A stretch of 64,000 bases of DNA from Octopus vulgaris (taxonomy: Eukaryota), in assembly GCA_951406725.2 (NCBI GenBank), contig OX597819.1, positions 23,064,001-23,128,000 of the forward strand, read 5' to 3'. Position numbers and translations under genes: made by a program. Under the pieces are notes generated by a model. It ran no database searches and was not told the origin of the DNA. It saw nothing but the letters and a program-made list of their open reading frames with translations. Every line of letters begins with the position of its first letter. The first letter of the stretch is position 1. This document shows, in pieces, positions 54,730 through 64,000 of the stretch.

Positions 54730-55500
54730 GAAAGTCCTTTCTCAACGAGAAAATATGAACAAAGGCAAACCTTTGTAAGTTTCTCCTGTTTTCATTTGGT
54801 ATATAAGCCTGTTTGAAAAGCGGTGCGCTTATGCACTTACTATGTCTGATAAAATGTTTAGAATGATTATAAAGAAAATTAATTATTTAATTCAGTCAAT
54901 GCCATGGCTCTGGTTGATTACAGAAAGTTGTTCTGCTTCCATTAGTATGTGGAACCACGATGTGCAGAAATGCCGCACGTAATAATCGTTGATAGAATAA
55001 CCCTTTGTGTTGAAGTATGTTGCACTAGATTAGCTTAGAATATGTAACGTTGTGTTTCAGGAAAATTTCTAAAGACGATGAAATATATGAGATTTGAAAA
55101 TGGCAACAGAAATTTTAGGTAATGTGGTAGAACTGTAATTTAGGCCAGGTGATGGCGTAGTGCTATTAATGCAATGGCAGGTGTTACGTCATCTACGAAC
55201 ACATTTAAAAATATCTGGGTATGACTAGGCTCTATGGAGTTGTTAATTATACGTGTACATGTCAGTATGTACACGTATTGGACTGCGGCCAAGCTGGGGT
55301 GCCGCCTCGAACGGTTTTAGTCGAACAAATCGATTCCAGTGCTTATTTTTTTTAACTCTGGTACATTTTAACCTTGTGATTTACTGAACCGCTACGATGC
55401 GAGGCGTAAACAAACCAACATCCACTGTCAAGTCGTGTGTTGGCACAAACATTGATATAAAGATACACACATGTATGCATGTGTGTGTATAAGTATGTAA

Positions 55501-55532
<32 letters not shown>

Positions 55533-55579
55533 GTATCTATATGTATGTATGTATTTATATATATGTATGTATATATATG

Positions 55580-55611
<32 letters not shown>

Positions 55612-55659
55612 TACACACACACACATATGTGAGTGTGTGTGTGTGTAAAAAATATATAC

Positions 55660-56087
55660 ACTCGTCCCAAACTTCGGCATTGAGAATTACAATAACGCCA
55701 GAAGAGGGTCCCATTGCGTAGTGCCAAAGATTCCAATTTTGCCATCAAAATATAGGACAAGATATTGTAACAGCCCGGGCTCTAAAGGACCACAATTTTT
55801 CAATATCCTCCCGAAGAACCTGAAAGACCTCCATCGGGTGGATGTAGGTGTCTTCAAAACGAAACTAGATCTATTACTGTCAAGAGTCCCAGATGAAGCA
55901 ACTTCACAGCAGGAAGTGCATATGAGAGCAGCGGCGTCAAACTCCCTTATGCACCCAATGTCAATTTCCAAAATGAATTAGTGAAGTATAAGCTATGTAG
56001 CAAGACCAAAAGTCGGTGCCCCAGCGGGGCAAAAGCTCATGAGCTGAAACTGCTTCAATTCATTCACTTCAGTTCAATCCAATTCAT
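55660..56087 (+). mobile_element. 3' fragment of a CR1/L2-group LINE related to 30039-31130
   Basis: RTRYCNS.G.KGPQFFNILPKNL.DLH.VD..VFK..LDL.LS.VPDE. Confidence 0.9.
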
Positions 56088-56111
56088 ATACATATATATA
56101 TATATATGTGT

Positions 56112-56165
<54 letters not shown>

Positions 56166-56187
56166 GTGTGTGTGCGTGTGTCTGTGT

Positions 56188-56254
<67 letters not shown>

Positions 56255-56255
<1 letters not shown>

Positions 56256-56450
56256 ATCCAGACATGAACAAAGCGAAGACAACAACGCGAGGATGTGGAA
56301 CAAGTATAGTGTTATTGGACGCTCGGGATACGAGAGAAAGGAGGATTTAACGTTTCGAGCGGAGCTCTTCGTCAGAAACATAGAAAAAGAAAGGTCCAAG
56401 GAAGGGAAGACGGAGAAAGAAAATCGCCAACCAAACACACGCGGTCACAT
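56255..56450 (-). mobile_element. Short non-coding element carrying an intact minimal hammerhead (56345-56379)
   Basis: Minus strand GTTT-CTGACGA-A-GAGC-TCC-GCTC-GAAA-C-GTT-AAAT; abuts (TA)n. Confidence 0.8.
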
Positions 56451-56974
56451 ATAGATAGATCAACAAAAAGCACTCCATCCAGTGAGAGATAAATATTAAA
56501 TGCAAAGAGTATAAAGATACGATCTGCAAATGTTTTCTTGTTTGTCAAAGTAGTTTATATAATACAACTTGTGTCTCCGCGTTTCCTCCAGTTAAAAACT
56601 ATTAGTGGCTCGCATCTTTACATTCTATTTACATATATTGAGAGAGAGAGAGAGAAAGAGAGAGAGGGGGGAAAGAGAGAGACGAAGGGCTTCTACTCAG
56701 TTTCTATCTTGTTAATCTGTTCACAATGCATTGGTCGGCCCTCGGCCTAGCAGGAAATAATTGCGCAAGATGCCGTGTACTGGAAATACGAGTATATTAT
56801 GATTTGTGTATTTCACGAATGAAACGAATAATGTTGGAAGAGACCACTTGCTGCGAGTTGTGCTAGCTGTACGCGCGACGTGGTTTTGAGGGTACATGTG
56901 GTATATGGTATATTCTACTGTGGTTTTTACATTTAAAACAACACTCATGCGGGATGGCGTATGAGAATGATATA

Positions 56975-57023
<49 letters not shown>

Positions 57024-57181
57024 TAAGAAAAACCACCTTTTATCAATTCAAAATGAACAATTAAATTACACCATCTAGAAAAATACATTTAATAGAAATA
57101 TTAAAATTAAAATAACAATAAAATACCAATGATTAAGTAAATTGCAAAAAAAATAATAAAAACGTATATAATTGGTAGAAT

Positions 57182-57276
57182 AACGACATGTGTTTCGTGG
57201 CTAAATTTTAGAAATGATTAAAAATTAATAGTAGTAGTAAAATCACTTCGATATAAATATAGCCACTCACCAGGTT
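57182..57276 (-). ncRNA. Hammerhead motif with long AU-rich stem II (core A6G)
   Basis: Minus strand AAC-CTGGTGA-GTGGCTA...TAGCCAC-GAAA-CACAT-GTC-GTT, inside an AT-rich element (~57020-57640) bounded by (TA)n. Confidence 0.7.
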
Positions 57277-57649
57277 TAAAATAAACTAGAATAATAAAAT
57301 AATTAATTAACAAATATACTTTAATAAAAATAGTAAAAATAGTATAATAAGTATTATCTGTTCATCAAAACTAGCCGGACCCTACATCAAGCCGTACGCG
57401 ATTATCAATATTATTATCATTATCATTACTATTATCACCCTTACTATTATCATTATTAATATCATTATTAATTATTACCATCACTACCACTAACCCAAAC
57501 TACAACAAACCGCCAACTATCGCCAAATTTATTCACAGCCGACTAGCCCCCTATCATCCAACCTTATTAATTAATTTTAATGTATTTAATAATTTAAGTA
57601 TTGCTTTAGTTTTCACTTAATTTATATTTAGTATTTTACTATATATATA

Positions 57650-57706
<57 letters not shown>

Positions 57707-57902
57707 TTAAAACTTCACATTATTTCCATTATCTACATTCGAGTGGTGGGGTTTGTATCTTTATAAGACAGGAGTTTCTTCCCCAGAGGAAGAATTTAAC
57801 TTATTAAAAACAGAAGCTAACATTACGTACTTACATAAACTGCAAGGATCATAAGTGTTCCGCACCAGAGACTGTTGTACCCACGGTGAAGAAACAGTTA
57901 GG

Positions 57903-57933
<31 letters not shown>

Positions 57934-57939
57934 ATATCA

Positions 57940-58110
57940 TTAACCACTATACACATTTTTTTCTCTCCTTGTTTTTTCTGTGTCCCTTTCTGTAGAAGAG
58001 CGTAGGCTCAAAACGTAAAAGAATTTTCCTATTTCTGAGCGTTATACTAAAACATCTGTTTGTTTTGTACTCCACCTGTCTTCATCTTTTGCTTTTTTCG
58101 TTAACTCTCC
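57940..58110 (+). mobile_element. Short element with degenerate hammerhead (57986-58021)
   Basis: CTTT-CTGTAGA-A-GAGC-GTAG-GCTC-AAAA-C-GTA-AAAG; (TA)n on both sides. Confidence 0.75.
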
Positions 58111-58122
58111 ATATATATATAC

Positions 58123-58197
<75 letters not shown>

Positions 58198-59345
58198 AGT
58201 GGGTGTGTTTGTGTATGTATGTATTCGACTTATTTTTTTCCTTACACGTTCAATAACAGAGCCAGATACTTCATCTCCATTTTATAAGTTGTTTCTCATC
58301 CTCTTCTACACAGGCATTCAACGTAATCAAGTAGGCCAACTAACTTGTGTATATAAACACATAGCTAGCTAGCTAGATAGATAGAGAGAGAGAGAGAGAG
58401 AAAGAGAAAGAGAGAGAGAGAGAAAGAGATACGTGGATACATACGTACATACACTGAAGATAAATAAAAGTAAGATGATGCGAGAAAAATTTAATAAGAA
58501 ATGGCAATGTAAACATACTTATTAAAAATAAACGCTATACAAACTTGTTCATATTGAATATATTAAAATATTTTAATGTATTATTTATCTAACAATGTAA
58601 AGAGCAAGTTGAAGGTAGGAGAAATGTCAATATAATTTTAATAGTTTGAAAGCATAGAAGATAGGTTTTCTGGGGGTTATAGATCAAAAGCGTTTCAAAC
58701 AGATGTTACCACGTAATGAGGCCCACATCTTCCATTGTAGCCTCACCCAATCTGCTATTTTTGAACTGTGATTGCGTACGTAATCTAATACAAAAATTAC
58801 AACGTGATAGAGCGTAGCATAAGTGACAAGATGGCAAAAATCGTTGGCACGTTGGACGAAATGCTTAGCGTCGTGTGTCATTTTTTCCGGCTTCTTACGT
58901 TTTGAATTCAGATCAAACCGTGGTCAGCTTTGTTTTTTCATCCCTTCGGAATCGATATAAAAACATCTATCAAGTAGTGGGGACGATGTAATCGACTAGA
59001 CTCCCACTTCTGTCCTATTCAGATGTCATCTTTGTTACATATACGACTTAAAAATCGCAGTGGCAGGAGTGACAGGTTCCGCTCCACTACGTAGTACCTT
59101 GGGCAGTTGTGTGTGAGTGAATTTGATAGACGGAAAATTGAAAGATGCCAATTGTATGTATGTATGTATGTATGTATGTATGTATGTATGTATGTATGTA
59201 TATGTATATATCTGAGTAATCACATGAATGCGAAGCATGGTGGAAAGAATAGTATTCGAATACCAAAGGTAGAGAAATTTTTATAAAGCAGCAAACATAT
59301 CACAAAAACGTTCCCGTTTGTCGGACAGTTTTGTCCATTCTACAC

Positions 59346-59391
59346 AAAACTGTCCGACGAACGGAAACGTGAAACTCTCAGTAACAGTTTT
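59346..59391 (+). ncRNA. Type-I hammerhead motif with U4C core, in an inverted-repeat element (~59240-59407)
   Basis: AAAACTGT-CCGACGA-ACG-GAAA-CGT-GAAA-CT-CTC-A-GTA-ACAGTTTT. Confidence 0.75.
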
Positions 59392-60114
59392 TGTGATATT
59401 TTTGCTTACCAGCCACATGGTTCCGGGTTCAGTCCCACTGCGTGGCATCTTATATATATATATACATCATTTATATACAAGAAAATATTACATTCAAATA
59501 TTTCGAATTGCACATTCTGCTTACAAAGAAACAACTCTTTCTTTGCACATAAACTGTATTTAGATGCTTTCAACCGCATTAATAAGATGGTTCATGGTGT
59601 CAGGAATCTTAATTTATATTCTTGTCTATCATAATTAACGTGAAGAAATACACCTAATTAAATAGTACGTAGGTTGTGATTCAATTACCATATATAGAGA
59701 GAAATACAATTGTGAACAGACTTGGCTTTTAAATTACAAAGAATAGGTGTAATGTAATTAGTGAAACAAATAAAATATTCATTTGACAAAAACCAATTCA
59801 TCAATTCATAACATACTTAAACTCATTGTGTAAAAGGAAGACGGAAGATAGTATTAGCTGTATACAAAAGTTTAATTAAAAATTAGCAGTAAAAAGGAGA
59901 AATTTGCAATCTACCACTACATACTAAATCATGTGCAGAAGATGATATATAGATAAGAATCTAATATATAAATGCTTCTTTATTCATTTACATGCATTTA
60001 TTTGACGATTTATATATTTAATCCTGAATGTCATTATTTCTTGGTATCTGTTTATAAAGCAATCCGAAGTAAAATTAAACGTAAAAGAGTTAGGTGTATT
60101 GCAGTAATCGCTTG

Positions 60115-60425
60115 GTGGAGGCGCAATGGCCCAATGGTCAGGGAAGCGGACTCGCGGAGGATCGCGGTTTCGATTCCCACACCGGGCATTGCGTGTGTTT
60201 ATTGAGCGAAAACACCTAAAATCTCCACGAGGCTCCGGCAGGGGCTGGTGGCGACCCCTGTTGTACTCTTTCGCCACAACTTTCTCTCACTCTCTCGTCC
60301 TGTTTCTGGAGTAACGCTGCGATGGACTGGCGTCCCGTCCAGCTGGTGGGGGGGGGGGGAACACATACGCCACAGAAACCGGGAAACCAGGCCCATGAGC
60401 CTGGCTAGGCTTGAAAAGGGCGAAA
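60115..60425 (+). mobile_element. tRNA-derived SINE, family A (tail type 3)
   Basis: Family A head plus GCGATGGACTGGCGTCCCGTCCAG...CCACAGAAACCGGGAAACC tail. Confidence 0.9.
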
Positions 60426-62424
60426 AAGAAGAAATAGAAGTAATCGCCTGACCTCCGAGAAATCCCTGCAAAATATACTAAAGTCGCATACTGTTGTTTT
60501 CCTTTTGATATAAAAAGAAATGATGTCTCGATAATGTAGTCTTGGACGCACATTTCAGTATTAGAAATGTTGAGTTAATTTCATTAGCGAAGGCCTAGTG
60601 GCAAGGGTTTTTCTCTCGCGATCACAAGGTTGTGGTCTCGATTTCTGGATCAGTCGGTGGGTTCTGTTCTTGTGCAAAACACTTCATTTCGCGTTGCTTC
60701 CTTCCACTCAGCTGTGAATGAGCAACCCTGCGATGAACTGGCGTCTCGTTGAGGGGGAATGTTGTGATGTCGGTATGGAACACACCATGGAGACCGGATA
60801 ACCAGTCCAGTGAGTGCCCCGGGGTTGTTGATGATGATGATGATGACAATGATGCATGATGCTGCGCACTTCCACAACAAAAAACTGTATGATCATGATT
60901 TGAAAGCCTATGAGCATATGCTTTGTTAGTGAGCTATTACTTGCGGTTAAACATCATCATCAACCATAACTTCTTGATACTTTAACGATAGTGGGTCTTT
61001 TTATTGAAAGCAGACACGAAATATCAAAGAGAAAGAAATTTGGAACTTAATAAATTTATGCTGTTCCCAACGACATTTCAAATGCAAATGAAATCAAATA
61101 GCTTCGACTGGAAATCGATATTATTTGACAGTATTAAATATATCTAGTTATTTTCATTAGGCTTAGGTAAAAATAGCATGTTTTATTGAAATGTCATACT
61201 TTAGTAACATAAAGAATATTTTAATAAACATTAAAATGAGACTATGTTGAAATATTATGAATAATTTATTATAATTCAACATCAGGTAGTGACGATGGAT
61301 ATAGAGTCTCTGATGTCATTCCAACTCATAATATAGAAGCTCATATATTTTGAAATCGAACCCTGTTCAAGGTTGAGTTAACCAAGAAGTCAGTCAAATT
61401 CTAGTTTGGGTTTATATTAGAAATATATAGCATCGTTCTCGATCCTTATGGTTTCATAGGGGCCAGTTTCCCGGTTTCTGTGGCTTATATATATTTACCC
61501 ACCTAAATGGTAGATATATGGACTCGGGGTTTCTCATTTTTGCCTGTTGAGTGGATTGGAGCAATCTGAACTGAAGTACTTTGCTGAAGAACACAACGCA
61601 TCAACCGAGCCAGGAATTTGAAACCGCAATCTTACGATCATGACTACAATACCTTTACCATTAGCCCACACGCACCCACTTTGATTTATATACTAATGCT
61701 ATATTTTATGCAATCGCTTTATTTTCTCATTTACATATCAACTTACATATTTCATTTCAACTCTCTACGTTTTTGGTTTTTTATATTGTATGAAACTAGG
61801 TGTGAAAAGATGGTGCTAATAGAAGTGTTTGTAAAATTTCGTCTAACGATAGTGATTGTATTGCGAATAGTTTTTCTATTGATTTTCTTGAAGTTGTACT
61901 TGTGTTAATATATGAAGCTTACGCTTACAGTTGATACATCAGTCGTACAACCTATGTTTTTCTTTGAAGATATCCATACACATTCATTACTAATACGTTA
62001 ATTTTTTAAGATGAGTGTTTGTATTACTATTCACAAATAAGTAACTCACAGCTTTAACTTTCAGTATCTTTACACGTTACTGCTTGGTAAAACTTGTTTG
62101 GAGTAGATAAAAATTTCCAGAGAGAAGGCACAAAATTCCAAATTTGTTCTAAAAGAATATCCGATATTTTAAGAGGATGCGAAATATAAAAAAAAATATG
62201 TAGTTGGATTCGTGCCTTTTTCCTATAATTTTACTGTATAATTAAAATAACGGGAATCAGGAAATATTTTACTGATTCGATTTGCTGTTTAGAGGTAACT
62301 TGCTCTACAACGGTTGTCACAGAATATTTACTGGGATAAGCATATCAAAATATTGGAGTTTTTTTCCAGTGTTTCATTTTAATGTCATTCATTTGACATG
62401 TGCCGTTATTTGATAATCCACTTA

Positions 62425-62860
62425 ATCTTGGCCTTAGGTCTTCCTGTACCGTTCACCTGTACATCGTGCAGCAAGACGCCTCCAATTATCCCAGATTTAA
62501 GCTAGTCATCTGTATCTTCCCGGGTGATGTTAAGTTGCTTCACATCTTGGGTTTCCCCATCATCCTTCGTGCCTCTAGCGGTAGTCATCGTATTGATGCC
62601 TTCTGTATTTATTCTTCTGTCAGTCGGAAAACATGGCCAACACATTTCGCTCTTTTTTCCTGAATCTCTTGTGAGCTATACGCTGATTGGCTTTTCTCAA
62701 CACTTCAGTGGTTGTGATTCTATCCCTGTAGATGATCTTGAGTATTCTTCATAGACACCATCGATATAATGCATTCAACCCTGAGTGATATTCTCAGTCA
62801 TTTTCCAAATTTTCTCCTGCGTAGACAGATGTCGGCAGGACAAGACTTTGTACATCTAAA
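62425..62860 (-). mobile_element. Decayed RTE-type LINE 3' fragment
   Basis: Minus strand traces VLPTSVYAGE, RWCL*RILKI.YRDRITTTEVL, VGHVFR, GKPK, WRRLAARC. Confidence 0.75.
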
Positions 62861-64000
62861 TATATAGCATATATATCCTACTTGATACCATATGAAGCCG
62901 AAACAAGAGGCAGTTTAGGAGATAGCTATATATGAGCACCTTAAAGCAGTTCATGGGCCTTCATCAGAAGGGACTAATGTTTAAGCTAATGAAAATAACT
63001 TAAATGCCAGCAACGAAAAGGAATTAAAAATTAGAGCATTATTACACATAAGGGAAAACGATATTTTCAGGAGATAAAGAAGAATCATATCCGAATCTAA
63101 AAGGATATCCAAATGAAAATATCGAAATAACGACATCATAAATATAATTATCGAAATTATAATACTTCGAAAACAAAACTACGGTAAGAAGTAATTGAGT
63201 TGAGAATTATCAGTTTATAATACTACACATAGAGTTTTCAGAAAATCGGTTTAATGAAATGAAAGAAATTATAGAAATTTAGCTGTACGTGGGATTTAAG
63301 AGATAGAGTGGTGGGGAATTATTAATTTAAAACATTATTCACAGAGATTTCACAATATGATCTTAATGAAATAATGAAGGAAATTACAGAATTTTAGTTG
63401 AACGTGGGGTTAATATGAAAAATAAAAATATATTAAGAAAGAAAAATATATTAGCTGAAGTTTTAGTAAAATTACAATTATAATAGCTACAATGTTTGCT
63501 ATCGAAACATTTGAAATTAGATGAATTCATTTTCCATGAAAAAATCGATTCCTCCAGAATTAAATTATAGCCATCATTCAGTAAATTTATATTTATATAT
63601 TTTTTAAATAAATGGATTAATCGCAAAAGAAAAAAAATAATTTTTTTATCGTGTAAACGAATTCAAATATACCTGAAGATATAAAGATGTTTTTGACAGA
63701 TACAAACATTTCATAAAGAAATCTTTCCAACATATTTAAAATTAAAAACAGAAAATAATGAAATCTCGGTGAATGTTTTAGACATGGATATTTTTATTAA
63801 AAATAAAACAGAAATATTTCATGCATTATATGATAAAGGGGGATACTCAAATATTTTATTTCTTTTCAGAGTTAGAAGATTCATCTATTTTGAACAAATT
63901 TTATTCTTAAACAAATTAAATATTTGACACTTCTCACGTACTTGGAAGTAACACCCAGTACAAACTGTACATACACTCATACACCATATATATATATATA

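Noticed and set aside
62940-62975. Minus-strand CTGATGAAGGC; similar isolated CTGANGA hits at 2325, 29561, 37426 and 41930
   Set aside because: No complementary stem II followed by GAAA and stems I/III; consistent with chance

Overview
AT-rich, microsatellite-saturated animal genomic DNA with no recognisable intact host gene. The repeat content suggests intronic or intergenic cephalopod (probably Octopus) sequence; this is an inference, not a database result. Nearly all ORF-track entries are translations of (TA)n, (CA)n, (TAA)n or (GAA)n repeats. The real coding remnants are decayed retrotransposons: a Penelope-like element (PLE) with RT C-terminus and GIY-YIG, several R4/Dong LINE fragments in (TAA)n, CR1/L2-group LINE 3' parts and RTE-type LINE fragments. 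There are also several tRNA-derived SINE families, a non-autonomous Helitron and a pogo/Tigger-like MITE. The most striking unannotated signal is about 16 type-I hammerhead ribozyme (HHR) motifs, intact or degenerate, from roughly a dozen unrelated short sequence contexts. Most lie beside microsatellites and many sit in tandem or inverted architectures, which looks like a diverse set of non-autonomous PLE/retrozyme-like elements. One has a tRNA-derived Pol III head. One has stem II reduced to 'GC', the layout of an engineered dimeric minizyme. All structures were folded by eye and no activity is shown.
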